Shown here: one piece after another, positions 13,520 to 28,622 of the stretch
Position numbering within the stretch: position 1 is the stretch's first letter
Layout of the letters: every line of letters begins with the position of its first letter
Origin: Piromyces finnis finn
Taxonomy: Eukaryota > Fungi > Neocallimastigomycota
Reading direction: 5' to 3'
DNA length: 64,000 nt
Assembly (NCBI GenBank): GCA_002104945.1
Contig: MCFH01000048.1
Span: forward strand, 62,001 to 126,000
Made by a program: the position numbers and the translations under genes
Notes under the pieces: generated by a model
Seen by the model: only the letters and a program-made list of their open reading frames with translations
The model's database searches: none
What the model was told of the DNA's origin: nothing

Positions 13520-14399
13520 ATGAGCAATTCTACTACAAGGATAGATTTCAAGGAATTGAAGAAGGAATTCAAGGATATAGAAAAACTTTCCAAAGATAAT
13601 TTGGACATAAGATCCTGGGCTTCTGAAATATGTTTATGAATTGAAACCTCAAGATATCACTAGTGCCAAGAAAATTTACATGGCATGTGTGCTTACTTCT
13701 AAGGGTGAACCGAGAAAGGTAATCCAAGAGTTGGAAGATAAAGACAGTGATAGTGAAGATGAATATGAAAGTGAAAACGAAGAAGAGAATCAGAAAGATG
13801 AAGCTAATGAAGAAAATTATCCTTCACTTGGAAGGATTATTAATGCCCTAGAAACATTTTATGGGTTAAAGGAAGATCAAAGTATGCTATTAAGGGAATT
13901 GAGAAGAATGCGTATAAGAAGAAATGAAACCGTGAAAGATTTTAATAGAAGGTATAGATCACTATATTTGAAGTTAGATAAAAAAAAGAAGAAGCAGATT
14001 AGTGTGTTAGACTATGCGGATTCTTTACAAAATAATAAAGAAGCTTGGAGGAAGGTATCTCTAAAAGACGATATTACGTTAGAAAAGGCCTTCAAGATAG
14101 CTGAAAAAGTAGATAGGTTAGCTATTAGAATAGAGAGTGATGGTACTACCTCCACTACAGAAATGACTAAGAGTTATGCTCATTTTCAACCGTATAAAAG
14201 GAAAGTTACATTTACTGAAGCCAAAAAGTCCAATAAAGATGTGGATATGGATAACTTAGTTAAGAAGATGAAAAATTTGACGATTAAAGCCTGTTTTTTC
14301 TGTAGTGAGCCTGGTCATTATCAACAAAATTGCCCAAAACTTCAAGCTATTATTGAAGGAAATAAGAAACGTTATTATGATAATCATTTAAATCATTAA
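13520..14399 (+). pseudogene. gag of element 1 (frameshift near 13640)
   Basis: ATG 13520 ORF stops at about 13639 and continues in the 13641-14399 frame; zinc knuckle CFFCSEPGHYQQNC. Confidence 0.85.
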
Positions 14400-17300
14400 G
14401 TGGGAGAAGAAGCACTCCCATCGTCAATAAAATAGCTTCAATTCAGTATCATGCAAACTCAAGTGAAGAAGCGACAAATTAGAGCGACTGGTCAGAAAAA
14501 GATAATGATGAAGCAACTGAGAGTGACTTTGAAGATGATACTGATATTAATGAACAGTTCTTTGTATGTGCTAATAAAAGGAAGCTGGATAAAATAAGCA
14601 AGGAACAAGATTCTAATAAGGAAAAATGAATTCATAAAAGTTTGAAAAATGACCCTAGACCTATTCTTACACCAGCTTTGAGAAAAAGTAAGGTACAAGA
14701 ATTAGAGAATAGACCTGTAGACGTTCCTTCTAAGAAATTGTATCCATCTATTATCGCTCAACCGAATATAAGGAAACAAAAACTACAAGAAAGGAAACTT
14801 CGGGACAATGAGTGTGCTAGCAGTAGTGAACCAAAGGAGGAAGAAAAGAGTGAAACGGTAAATAATAATGAAGATCCTATTATTATCGATTATGATGAAG
14901 AGGAGGCACTATCTGCGTTGCCAAAGTATAATGATGTTAAAAGAGTAGAGAAAAACAACGCAAGTAAATCAAACGAATCTAATCCTAATTTAACTTTAGA
15001 TAAACTACTTAAAGAAAAAAATAACGAAAAATCTGTGGAGTCGAAGATTAAGAAAATTTCTAGAAATATTCAAATGATTGCAGACTCGGAGGAATATAAT
15101 GTGGTTAAAGATTTGAATGGAACAAAATGTAATATTACTTTTGGACAATTGCTAAATTCAGCTCCAAAATTACGAACACAGGTGTCACAAGGTCTTAAAC
15201 ATAACGTTACTAATTCTATACCTTTAAAAGAAAACAGAGAAAATATTGAAACATACAGAATAAATGGTTATAATGAAAAACAACAATTGGATAAGCACAT
15301 CAAGTTAGTAAATCAGAAGGAGAATTATGATATCAAAGAGGAATTCAACAATACTATAAGACATATTACCTTAGGACAACTTCTAGATATTAGTCCTAAA
15401 CTTCGAGAGGAACTAATTAAACTTTTAAGATTAGAAAAGAGTGATATTGTAGGAACCATGGCTAATATTGAACCTGAAGTAACATTAGTTAATAATATTG
15501 ATAATGAATATGAATCTAACTCCATAGAAATAAACGAAAATGAACTTGCGATGATACAAACAGAAGTAGGTAAACCTATGGCAGAGGCTCGCTTATTATT
15601 AGATACTTATAGTAATTTAAATGTAGTGTCAAAGGATTTCTTGGACAACTTAGAATCATATGAGAAAGCTGGTTATACGAAAAGTAGAATTCGACAAGCT
15701 TCTATGGATTATGATTCAAATGAAAATTTAATTGTTAAGCTCTCTATTCGTATTGGAACCTTTAATACAACTCTTACGTTCATAGTAATTGACCATCAAG
15801 ATGCATTTTATGGCATTTTAATTGGATTAAAAGCCTTAGCAGATCATAAACTAATTGTCATTCCACACAAGAGAGATCTAGTCCGAGAATTAAAAGACGG
15901 AAGTATGAACAATTGGCTATTATTAATAAAGGAATTAAAGAGGAAGAGTTACTTTGTATTTTAGAAAGAGATACTTTCAACAAGGAAGGAGCGGGGAACA
16001 GTGTCTCCACTTCATGCATGATTAAAAATGAAGATGAAACTATTACCATAGATGATAATGATGATTTAACCAGTATTGAAGGATTACCACCAAAGAAATA
16101 CATCCACCATAATAAATTTATTAGTAACCTAGACCCTAAATATTCTAGTGAAATTCTGAAAATTTTAGACGACCATATGGAAGCAATAGCAACATCAAGT
16201 GATGAACTCACACATTCGCTATTACCGCCTCATAAAATTAAACTCAAGCCAGGAACATATCCAATTAAACAAAGAAGTTACCGTCTATCCAAGATAAAAG
16301 CTGATATTCTAAAGGAAGAACTCACAAACCTTATTAATAAAAATCTTATAGAACCGTCAAAGTCCGCCTGGTCTTCCCCTGTGGTATTAGTACCAAAACA
16401 TAATGGTAAGTGAAGGATGTGCGTAGACTATAGGAAGGTTAATCAAACTACAGTGAAGGATGCCTATGCTTTACCCCTTATTGAGGAAATTTTGATGGTC
16501 TTGATGGTGCTTCTGTCTTTTCAACCTTAGATCTGTACTCCGGGTATCATCAGATACCTATGCAAAAGGATAGTATTGATGTTACCAGTTTCACTACTTT
16601 GTATGATAATTTCAATTTTAAAGTGATGCCTTTTGGACTGTGCAATGACTCCGTTACATTCCAAAGAAGCATGAATGAATTATTATTTCCGCTGATTGGT
16701 AAATGTGTTTTTAATTTTATTGATAATATTTTAATATTCTCGAAGTCAAAGGAGGAGCACCTTAAGCATTTAGAACAAGTAATGAAAATTTTCAAGAACA
16801 ATAAACTTAAAATTAATTTAGAAAAATGCAAATTTATGAAGTCAGAGGTCAAAGTTTTGGGTCATTGGCTAATATCCAAAGGTTTAAAACCGCTTAAATC
16901 CAAAATTGATGCTATTATGAATTGGTTGGCTCCCACTAATGTTTCTGAATTACGATTATTTTTGGATGCTGTAGGTTATTATCGTCAATTTTTTGCTAAT
17001 TATGCTTCGATTTCGGAACCATTGTGGCGATTGTTTTAAAAAAATTCACCATATGTGTGGTCCCAGGAGCAGGAATCTAGTTTTACTTTGCTTAAGAACA
17101 AATTAATGACCGCACCGATTTTAAAATTCCCTTGTTTTTCGAAACCGTTTATTATCAGAACTGATGCTTCTTATCAAGGTCTTGGAGGGGTTTTTCTTCA
17201 AAAAGAGGAGGATGGTGAGAAGGAACTACCTGTTCATTATGTTAGTAGAAGTTTGAGTAAAGCTGAACGCAATTACTCAATAACCGATCTGGAAGGAGAG

Positions 17301-18170
17301 GCACTATTTTATTGTATATCAAAATTCAAACCATATATTTCAGGGAATAAAATTCCTACAGTAGTTTACACAGACCATAAACCGCTATTAGGTCTGTTTA
17401 ACAACAAGGAGCCCCATAATATGAAACAAATGAGATGGTACCTCATGGCTAGCATGCTAGGGATTATTATTGAATACGATAAAGGTAAAAACAATGTTAT
17501 TGCGGATGCATTATCTAGATTACATCAAGATCCAGAAAAACAGGTATGCATAACTAATGATGCGTCTCAGAGATCCAGTGGTATTGGTGAGAAATAAATT
17601 AATACAGAGCTATTAAGAGACCTAATAAATATGAAATTTTTGGAAATTGAAGACATTACTTATTTCAAAGATGGTGAAGATTTGAGGAAAGTTATAAGAG
17701 ATGAGAATGAGAAATTTAATATAATTTTTAAAGGACACAACATTGGACATGAAGGATATTCAAAAACATATCAAAGAATAAAAATAGATTACTATTGGAA
17801 GAATATGGTAATGGATATTAGGAAATTCGTAAATAAACATCACACATGCAAATTGAACAAAAGCCAGAAATATCCGGAGCCAACTGAAAGTTTTGCATCA
17901 AGAGTAGAGGGACCCTTTACACACCTTGGATTGGACATTATTGGGCCCTTACTCATTACCGAAAAAAAAAACCAATATATAATAGTGGTAGTAGATTATT
18001 TTACTAAATGGGTAGAGGCTGAGCCTCTACAAACAATAACTTCACACGATGTAGTTGAACCTTTAGTGAAGGTTTTCGCGAGACATGGAGCACCTGAAGT
18101 AATTACTACAGGTAATGGAGTACAGTTTACTTCGGATTATACAAAGATCTTTTTAGGGTTATTATTATAA
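14387..18170 (+). pseudogene. pol of element 1 (multiple stops and frameshifts)
   Basis: ORF pieces 14642-15964 (protease LLLDTYS, degenerate), 15913-17039 (RT; WSSPVVLVPK, MPFGLCN, FIDN), 17055-17597 (RNase H RTDAS), 17631-18170 (integrase GLDIIGP, TGNG). Confidence 0.9.
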
Positions 18171-18631
18171 GAAAAAATTTATATATTTAAAAAATAAAAG
18201 ATTATGTAATATAATTAAAACCTAACCCATATTATTTTAGTATAAAAAATTTATTTAGAAATATTAAATATTTAAAATTTAAATACTTCCAAACTTAAAA
18301 AAAAGTATAGTTTTACTTTAGTTATTATTAAACAAAAAAGTTAGCTGTTACTATTAAATTATAATAAATAACAAATAATTTTATTTAATAAAAATTAATT
18401 AATAAAAAATCATATTATTAATAAAACATAATTCTTATATTATACATTTCATCCTCATCCTTCTTCCTATTTGCGTTTTTTGTTGTTTATTATAAATCCT
18501 TATAATAAACTCGTTAAGTTCTAGTCTTAATTTCATATTTAATTTTTTATTATTTCTCTTTCTATATACGAGTTATCGATAAGTAATTGTATTGTACTAT
18601 TTGTCATAAATATTACAATAAAATTATTACA
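18171..18631 (+). mobile_element. 3' part of X-type LTR
   Basis: Matches 26330-26636; ends AAATTATTACA. Confidence 0.65.
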
Positions 18632-18681
18632 TGTTGATACAAGATGCATAAAAAAATATAATATTTTAAATATTTAATAAT

Positions 18682-18860
18682 TGTCAAGAATTCGATTGGA
18701 CTTAAAGTTATAATTAAGTCTTAGGATAGGCTTAATTATATAGAAATAATAAATTTTAAAATAAAAGAATTATAAACGTAGTTTTTAAAGAATTATTTGA
18801 ACAAGATATTAAAAAAAAGAGAGAACTTTTCATTTATAAATAATTTTTGATATTTTATTT
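18682..18860. mobile_element. 5' fragment of module Z
   Basis: TGTCAAGA...taggataggcttaattatatag shared with 54178-54819; begins 47 nt after a TGATAC end at 18635. Confidence 0.6.
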
Positions 18861-19610
18861 TATTTTATTTTATTTTATTTTATTTTATTTTATTTTATTT
18901 TATTTTATTATGTGTAACTCAGTTTAAATATTAATTATAAAAGAAAAGAATATTTATTGTTTATTATTTCACAAAAGTTATATTTTATTATTAATAGTAA
19001 TTTTATCAACATATTTTTATATTTAAATTTTATATTTAACTATTTATATTTATTAAACAATAACTTTCGATTCTATTAGTATTGAATGTTATTGATCTTA
19101 TAAACATAATAATAATAATTAAATAAAGAAACTTTAAACCAAAATCTATTTAATTATATTATTATAAATTTATTTTATTATTATAAAATAGAAATAAATA
19201 TAATATAATATAATATATGATTTCAATTATTATTCCCTATTGCTAACATTCAAAATTATATTTTATTTAAGGTGTTTTTGAAATATATTGCATTATTGTT
19301 GATACGCTACGCACATAAAAACATAATAAAAACTAACTGAATAAACACGGCTTAACTCCTTTTTTATATATATATATTATTTTAGTTTTTTATTTATTTT
19401 ATATCGGAGTCGAAAACATAATTCCACATAATAAATAAACGTATACAGACCTATTTTATTATATTGATATTCATTATTATGATTTCTTAAACTTTATTTA
19501 TATATTACTTCATTAGGTAAAAAATAAGTTTTTAGTAAATTATATTTATAAATTATATATTATAAATAAATAAAACTACTAATAATGAAATTTTTATAAA
19601 ATATTAAAAA

Positions 19611-19684
19611 CACTCACGGCGGGACTCGAACCCGCAATCTTCAGATTAGAAGTCTGACGCCCTATCCAATTAGGCTACGCGAGC
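19611..19684 (-). tRNA. tRNA-Arg(TCT), copy 1
   Basis: 74-nt cloverleaf; anticodon arm TCAGA-CTTCTAA-TCTGA; T arm GCGGG-TTCGAGT-CCCGC. Confidence 0.95.
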
Positions 19685-19781
19685 TTCCATAATTTTTTTG
19701 ATAAATAATAATTATAAATATATTATACAATACAAGGAAAATATTATCTTAATTCTATATTTTACTATAGAAAGTGATAAT

Positions 19782-20781
19782 TGTGAAGATATTAACTGGA
19801 TTTAAAACAAATTCAGATAATATCTATAATCAATTAAACATAATAATTAGAATTAAATGATCCCAATAATTATTTTAAAACACCTTTAAAAGTCACCTTT
19901 TAAATTTTGATTCAGTGAAAGGGTTACGATTTCAAAAATTTAATATCAATACACTATAACCCTTAACCAAAAATAAACAAACACGAAACAAGGCGTAACT
20001 CGCCAAAAACGATCGCTACGGCTGTAAGTGCTACGGCTATGAAACCAGGTTTATTAGAAAGCTTAAGGAAAAAGCTATATTTTGGTACAATCGCGGTCCT
20101 TCTAACTGGTCATTTAAGGAAGATATGATCATTTGAAGATTTTAATAAGTAAATTAAAATTAATATGATATCAAGTATGGATCATAGACATTTCTTATAA
20201 CTTGACGAAAATTAAAAATATATCAATAGAAATTTTAATTATATTAAATTAATTAATGATAGTCACTGTTACTAAAAATAGAACTAAACCATTTAGGTGT
20301 AACAGTTAACATTTATAAATTAAATAATTTTAATTATTATAAAATAGGTTAATGGATCAAGTGTTTAAATGATTAATCATATGTTTATTTTATTTTATGT
20401 CATGACAAAACAAACAAACAAACAAATAAACAAACAATCTTATTATATTATTAACATATTACATGTAATACTTTATTTTTATCAATTTAATAATCTGAAC
20501 AAAGAATATAAAATAAAATGAATTGAATTCGATTTTAATTCTTTGTAAAGATTATAGTTATAACCTTAATTATATAGTTATTAAATATATTGTCATTTAT
20601 ATTATTATTAATAAATAAATAAAATTTTATAAAAAAGTTATTCTAAAGAATAAATATTAATTTCTCATTTGGAAGTTTAAAGGGTTATTTTATATTTAAA
20701 TTTAATTTCTTAAAAAACATATTTACTATATAATTGATAACATTCTGACCTGGCCGCATAACCAAATCCAAAAACTTAACA
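19782..20781. mobile_element. solo LTR-like module T
   Basis: TGTGAAG...CTTAACA with 5-bp TSD ATAAT; inverted partial copy at 58671-59228. Confidence 0.85.
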
Positions 20782-21178
20782 ATAATATTTGTATCTAAAA
20801 AAAAATAAGAAAATAAAATAAATGATTTTTATACTTGTTCATTTGCAAGTATTATTTTTTAAAAAATGTAAAGTTTATTATGTTTAATTATAAAATTATG
20901 ATATTATTTAATAACTCTCGTATTATTAAATAATTAAGAATTAATACATCATACATCTTGTATGTATCATAGAAGTTATATAAAAATATTGTTTTATTAA
21001 AATAAATATCTAATTTTTCTCTCTTGGATAATTAGTAACCATTTATTAAATTTAATATAATATATCTAATTTTACTAGATTATTAGGAACAGTTTTAAAA
21101 TAAAGTAATTCTATCACTATTTATACAAAATTATTATTTTAAAGTATAATTATAAACAAATATAAATTATTTAATTTA

Positions 21179-21209
<31 letters not shown>

Positions 21210-21283
21210 TTTACATTTATAATTTTTAATTTAATAATTTTATACAAGTTAATTATTTTAATTTTTAACTATCTGTGTTTTAA

Positions 21284-21470
<187 letters not shown>

Positions 21471-21505
21471 AATTCATAATTTATAAATTTAATTATTTAT
21501 CATTT

Positions 21506-22160
21506 TGATAAATAATGAAATTAATAAATATAAAATTATTATTAAACCGGATTTTTAAGTTAACCCTAAAAGTAACTTAAAATAAGTTATAGTTTAATTA
21601 AGTACTTTACCAAAATTCTTAAATAAAATTAATCCTAAACACTGAATATATTTTGATTATTAAAAGAAAATAATAAACTTTAATTAATCGAGATCAAAAT
21701 ATATAACTTTTGTTAAATTAATTGTTAAATTAAATAGTTAATAACTTCGTTAGTAAATTACACTTTAAAAGTAAACAAATATAATAATTCATGTTATAAA
21801 ATAATATAATTAAACACTTTTATTAAAACATTAAAAATAATTATTACTTTAATTAATTGTAAAATAAACAACTTTTTATATTCTTTAACTTTTAATTATT
21901 TCTTTTATTGTTATTTCTAATTACTTTTATTGTAAATAGTTATTAATTTTATTGTTTTAATGTAAATAGTTTAAATTTAAAAGAAAATATAAATACATGT
22001 AAATATTCTTATTTTAATCATTATTATTATTATTAATAAAGAAATATTATATAGTTTAGTTAATATTTTTGTAATTTTAATAATCACTTTTATACTTAAA
22101 TAAATAAAATTTTAAATATTTAAATATTAGAAAAACGAGTGTTTCTAATATAAATGTAAA

Positions 22161-22191
<31 letters not shown>

Positions 22192-22598
22192 TAAATTAAA
22201 TAGTTTATATTTGTTTATAATTATACTTTAAAATAATAATTTTGTATAAATAGTGATAGAATTACTTTATTTTAAAATTGTTCCTAATAATCCAGTAAAA
22301 TTAGATAATAATATTAAATTTTATTAAAATAATAGTTGTGATTATATTTACATACATTCAAGATGTATTAAACAATAACATATATATATTTAATAATAGA
22401 AGAGTTATTAAATATTAAAACTTTATAATTAAATAATTTTATATTTTAAACTAACAAAGACTTGCAAATGAACAAGTATAAAAATCATTTATTCTATTTT
22501 TATTTTCTTATTTATTTTTATTTATTAAATTTTAGATACAAATATTATCACTTTCTATATTCATTTATAGAATTAAGATAATATTTTTCTTCGTATCA
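21506..22598 (+). mobile_element. A/B chimeric LTR (A 5' part joined to B 3' part at about 22150)
   Basis: A sequence to gtttctaata, then B sequence taaatgtaaactttttg to CGTATCA. Confidence 0.78.
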
Positions 22599-22606
22599 AA
22601 AAAAAT

Positions 22607-23102
22607 TGTAAGAAATATTTGTGGCCATAAGTTTGCCCACAAATATTTCAATTGAAACCATATATTCTGGTCACCATTTATTGGCCAAATATATGCATAA
22701 CCATATATTAATGGTTATTAATTAAATAGGAAGCTTATTTGCTTTACCCAATCAAGTGGTAAAGAAAATAAACTCATATAGTTAAATAGTATAGTCAAAA
22801 CTAACGTTAAATACTTTAGCGTTAGTATTAAAGTAAATTAATAACTATAATAATAATTAATGTAGATAATTATAATTAATAAATAAAAGATATAATTAAA
22901 ATATAATTATTTAAGTAAAAGTTATTTCATAAAATATTTATATAAGTGTTTATATTTATTTTAGTGTTATAATATTTATTTTCCTTCTTTTATTATTTTT
23001 TATAAAACTTTATTTAGTTATTAACTCGTATAGAGAGGTAATAACTAACTTAATTAACTAATTTAATAACCTATTAACTAATATTATAATAAACCTTTTA
23101 CA
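22607..23102. mobile_element. solo LTR-like module D, 12 nt upstream of tRNA-Arg
   Basis: TGTAAG...TTTTACA, 5-bp TSD AAAAT. Confidence 0.85.
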
Positions 23103-23114
23103 AAAATCATAGAA

Positions 23115-23188
23115 GCTCGCGTAGCCTAATTGGATAGGGCGTCAGACTTCTAATCTGAAGATTGCGGGTTCGAGTCCCGCCGTGAGTG
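23115..23188 (+). tRNA. tRNA-Arg(TCT), copy 2
   Basis: Identical to copies 1 and 3; followed by TTTTT terminator. Confidence 0.95.
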
Positions 23189-23200
23189 TTTTTAATATTT

Positions 23201-24653
23201 TGACGTAAATTATGATAAACAAAAATTGTTTATATATTATATTATTTTAAGTATTTACTATTTTAATATTAGATTTATTATAAAATTTTTAAAATCAGAT
23301 TTTATATTGATTAATTATTTATAAATTTCATTCTTTATCAAGTATATTATGGTTCGAGGAATTTAATTTATTTATATTAATACTCAAAAATAATATTTAA
23401 ATAAAATAAGAAAATTTGTTTTATTAATAAGTTTGTTTTATTAGAGTTTTAAAATATAAAATTATAAATAAAAAATAAATTCAAGCTATATTTCCTAATT
23501 TTTATAATAAAAATTTAAGCAGTGCTAATGCTAATTAAAAGAATTAGCATTTAATTATTTATATTAAATTTCTTATTTGAATTGATTTTAAATAAATAAT
23601 AGAATTACATTACTATTATAATAAATAATTATACATATTATTGAACTAAATAACATACATTAAAAATTTACTTTAAATATATTTTAACTGAAAAATCTTA
23701 CTTTATATTTATAAATATTGTTTTATAAAAATTATCAAAAATTGTTTTATTAAAATACAAAATTGGTTTATTAGAAACACTCGATTTTCTAATATTTAAT
23801 TATTTAAAATTTTATTCATTTAATTATAAAAGTGATTATTAAAATTATAAAAATATTAATAATCACCCCTAATCTATATAATATTTCTTTATTAATAATA
23901 ATAATGATGATTAAAATAAGAATATTTACATGTATTTATATTTTCTTTTAAATTTAAACTATTTACATTAAAACAATAAAATTAATAACTATTTACAATA
24001 AAAGTAATTAAAAATAACAATAAAAGAAATAATTAAAAGTTAAAAAGAATATAAAAAGTTGTTTATTTTGCAATTAATTAAAGTAATAATTATTTTTAAT
24101 GTTTTAATAAAAGTGTTTAATTATATTATTTTATAACATGAATTATTATATTTGTTTACTTTTAAAGTGTAATTTACTAAAGAAATTATTAAATATTTAA
24201 TTTAACAATTATTTAAAAAAAGTTATATATTTTGATCTCGATTAATTAAAGTTTATTATTTTCTTTCAATAATCAAAATATATTCAGTGTTTAGGATTAA
24301 TTTATTTTAGAATTTTGGTAAAGTAATTAATTAAACTATAACTTATTTATTAATAATACATATTTAAACAATTATCTTTCTTATACAAATATACTATTTA
24401 TTCACTTATTAATATTACTAAATTATTACTAAATTCCTACCACTTATTTTATTATATTTTATTATCGGAATTTAATTATAAAATCAAGAACCCTTTTTTA
24501 AAATTATTTAATTCTCAATTATATTTATATTAGTATATATTAATTAAATTTAACAGTAATTAAAATTATTATTAATAAATTATCATCTTAACCCTTATGT
24601 AAATTGATCTGGAGTTTATGCTAAAAGTAGTATTTTCTATTTGTCACGTATCA
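23201..24653. mobile_element. mosaic of truncated LTR fragments (C-, J-, A- and Q-like)
   Basis: C-variant end at 23340, J-like ggttcgaggaattt at about 23350, reverse A at about 23720-24350, Q-like end GTCACGTATCA at 24653. Confidence 0.65.
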
Positions 24654-24657
24654 AAAA

Positions 24658-25723
24658 TGATGCGTTGACCGATATATTTTTGAATAATATAATGTTTTTA
24701 ATAAATAATAAATTCTATATTATTATGATGAAACAATAAATTTAAAATAAAATAAAAATATGATTTATAATTAACAAATAAATCACTCAAAACTCGAAAA
24801 TAAACTCTTATTATGTTTTAAATTAAATCTTTATTATATTTTATAATTTATTTATTATCTATTTATTGTCCTCTTTCTATGAAGAAGAATTTATCTTCCT
24901 TTTATACATTTTCATTTATTACATGTATTATTATTTTAACTATTAAATATTATTATTACTATTGTTATTATTTATTAAAATTAAAAGAATAAATTAAAAT
25001 TATGTCTTAGTATCATAAAATATTATAGAATATTACTTATTTGATTTTCTTATTACTTCAAAATGTTTAAATTTAGAAAAATTATTATAAATTATCATTG
25101 ACTATCATTAAATGTATAATACCTTGAATAAAATAATTAAAATTTAAAATTAAAACAATATTAAAATAAAATTAAAATAAAATTAAAATATTAAAAGTAT
25201 CAATTATTATAAGCACACATTTTATACAAAAACATAAAAGAGTTCTGTATTTTATCTTAAAATCGTTATTATTGTTCTATTTCCAGGTTTTAAGTTTATC
25301 ATTTTAGTAATAATTTCTCAATTAGTTATTTATTAATTTATAAGTTTAAAAGAATTTCTAAAGAACACTTGGACAAAACACTAGAATTAATAATTTGATG
25401 TATACCATTTTATTTTTAGTTTGTTTATTCATTTTTATTTATTTATTTATTGTTATTTTATTATTTTAATACATTATTGGATTAAGTCGTTTTATTTTAT
25501 TTAATAATTTATTTTATTATTATCACTATTAGGTCGTTTTTACTCAGAATTTATTATATAATAAAGAGAATATTATTTATTTAAGAAAGGGTTATATCTT
25601 CATAAAATTATTATTCATTCATTTTTAAGAGTTATTATCATTTATTTTTATTATAAGTTATTATGGATTAAGTCGTGTTTATTCAGCTAGTTTTTATTAT
25701 GTTTTTATGTGAGTAGCGTATCA
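24658..25723. mobile_element. solo LTR-like module P
   Basis: TGATGCG...GCGTATCA; second copy at 48855-50510. Confidence 0.82.
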
Positions 25724-25726
25724 AAA

Positions 25727-26636
25727 TGTAAGAAATAATAATTATTTCAATCTAAATAATTAATATTTCTTATTAGTTTAGTTAATAATATTTTATATAC
25801 TTTAATTATTTATTTAATTTATTTAGTTAAATATAAATTATACATTCACATACTTTATTTAATTTATTTAGTTAAACATAAATTGTACATTCATACACTT
25901 TATTTAATTTATTTAGTTAAACATAAATTGTACATTCATACACTTTATTTAATTTATTTAATTAAATAATAATTTGTTCATTTGATTTTTAAATAATATT
26001 TATATACAACAATCCGTAATTTTACCCTTTAATTATATATTACTAATTAATTTACCTGTTATATCTAAACACGGATTTACTTTAGGAAATCGGTATTTTA
26101 AGGTTTTTCCTATTATTATTACAAATAATTGGTTTTACTTAAAATTTACACGATGACCAATATGATTAGAATATTGGTTGAAAACTTGTTTAGGTTTTTC
26201 TTCTAGTCTTTTCCTAAACATTTTATTTGTTAAGATTAGAATTCATTTATTTAACCTTATTTTTTAATAAAAAGATAAATAAACACTCTTGAAATTCTTT
26301 AGAATTCAAGAGTTATTATTATAAGAAACATTAATTATAATAAATACCAAATAATTTTATTTAATAAAAAATTAATTAACAAAAGATCATATTATTAATA
26401 AAACATAATTCTTATATTATATATTTCATTCTCATCCCTCTTCCCATTTGTGTTTTTTGTTGTTTATTATAAATCCTTATAATAAACTCATTAAATTCTA
26501 GTTTTTTAATTTCATATTTAATTTTTTATTATTTCTTTCCATATACATATAATTTAATATTAAATTTTAATATTGAGTTATCGACAAGTAATTGTATTAT
26601 ACTATTTATTATAAATATTATAATAAAATTACTACA
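25727..26636 (+). mobile_element. solo LTR X (L-related) with internal 45-bp tandem repeat (about 25810-25960)
   Basis: TGTAAG...ACTACA; shared blocks with N/H/Y/L. Confidence 0.75.
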
Positions 26637-26642
26637 CAAAAA

Positions 26643-28618
26643 TGATAAATAATTAAATTTATAAATTATAAATTAATAATAATCATAATAATAATAACAA
26701 TAATTTAAACACAGATAAAAATTAAAATATTTAACATGTATAAAATTATTAAATTAAAAATTATAAATGCCAACTTTTTGTTTATTTGATTGTTTAATTA
26801 TTTTTAAATTAAATAGTCTATATTTGTTTATAATTATACTTTAAAATAATAATTTTGTATAAATAGTAATAGAAAATGTTCTTTTTAAAATTGTTCCTAG
26901 CAATCCATAAAAATTAGATATAGTTATACTAAATTTAATAAATGGTTACTAATTATCCAAGAGAGAAAAATTGGATATAGTTATACTAAATTTAATAAAT
27001 GGTTACTAATTATCCAAGAGAGAAAAATTGGATATAGTTATACTAAATTTAATAAATGGTTACTAATTATCCAAGAGAGAAAAATTGGATATTTATTTTA
27101 ATAAAGCAATATTTATTTTACAACATTTATAATACATACTAGATGTATTAAATTTTAATTATTTAATAATACTAAAGTTATTAAATAATATGATAATATA
27201 ATAATTTTATAATTAAATAAAATAACATTTTATATTAAAAACTAACTAACACTTGCAAATGAACAAGTATAAAAATCATTTATTTTTATTTTCTATATTT
27301 TTATTTATTAAATATATTTTAGATACAGATATTATCACTGTCAAGAATAGAAGACGATCAAAAAATAAATTAAATATTCAAATAAACAATTTAAAAATCA
27401 AATTTATATTTCAAAAATTATAAAACACTTTTAAAAATAATTAAAAGATCACTTGAAAAAATTTAATATTGAAAAGGATTAAGGATCACAAAAATTTAAT
27501 TTTCAATAAACTAACCCTTGAGAAGAAAATGCATTATACGAAACTAGTGATAACTTCTGAATCTCGTGTCCTATTTTACTTTTCTAGAGAATTCAAATCA
27601 ATTTTATTAGAAAGTACTAGTTGAGATCTATATTCTCACAAATTTTCAGCTAATTTAGACCACTAGTTCTTGAGATATAGTTATTTAAAGATTTAATTAG
27701 TTTCAATTAATATATAATAATATATATTAAAATGATCAATATTAATTTATATAATTAAAGTCATTATTCAAGTCATCCAACTTTCTATAAATAATTCAAT
27801 TTAAAAATTCTCCATTATTATTAAATAAGGTTAGATAATAAATATTCTTGATTACAAACCTAATCAATTATAAAAATTAATTAATAATTTTTCAAATAAT
27901 TTTGATTAATAACCTCAATCATAATCAAGCCAAAAAGCCTTTGGATCAAAAATCATTAGTTATAATTATTAATTAATTAATCATGAGAATATATAATTAG
28001 TATCAGTAATTGTTATTCTCAATTTATAATATTAAATATTTACAATTTAAAATGGTTAAAACAATACTTTTATTTTAAAAGTAATTTAAAAGATTAATCT
28101 TAAGATCTATCATATGAATTCATATTATTAATATTAATATCAATATCAATTATTAATATTTTAATTTAAAATTATTTTATTTTTATCTTTATTATTAATA
28201 TCAATATTAATATCAATGTAATTTTATTAATTGTAAGAAAAAGTATTTAAACAAAGAATTAAAATCATTTTTTGAAATTCTTTGTAAGATTATTAATTAA
28301 TTATTAACTATAATCTATAATATAACTTAATAAATATTGTTTTCATAAATAAATAATTAATAAATAAATTTCATAATTAAATTATATTAGAATTCTTATT
28401 TTAAATATAAAAACCTATTTAATTTTTAAATTAGTATTATTTAAAATTCTTTAATAAGTTTTAAAGAAAAGGTTAATAATAAACAAGTTTAATATTTTAT
28501 TTTAGATTAAGTTGTATTATATCAAAACATTCTGACCAAGTTACATATCAACCCTAGCCCCCTTTACAATCACTTTCTATATTCATTTATAGAATTAAAA
28601 TAATATTCAACCGTATCA
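26643..28618 (+). mobile_element. solo LTR family B (diverged) interrupted by F; 3x57-bp tandem at 26917-27087
   Basis: TGATAAAT start, U5 hairpin split by F, ends CCGTATCA. Confidence 0.8.
27339..28568. mobile_element. solo LTR-like module F
   Basis: TG...CA, 5-bp TSD ATCAC. Confidence 0.88.
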
Positions 28619-28622
28619 AAAA

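Larger units (their letters stand above)
11985..18170 (+). mobile_element. degenerate Ty3/gypsy retrotransposon (element 1), 3'-truncated in integrase
   Basis: Putative 5' LTR 11985-13360 (TGATG...TGTCA), TGG-initiated PBS-like site at 13363, gag then PR-RT-RNaseH-IN order. Confidence 0.88.
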
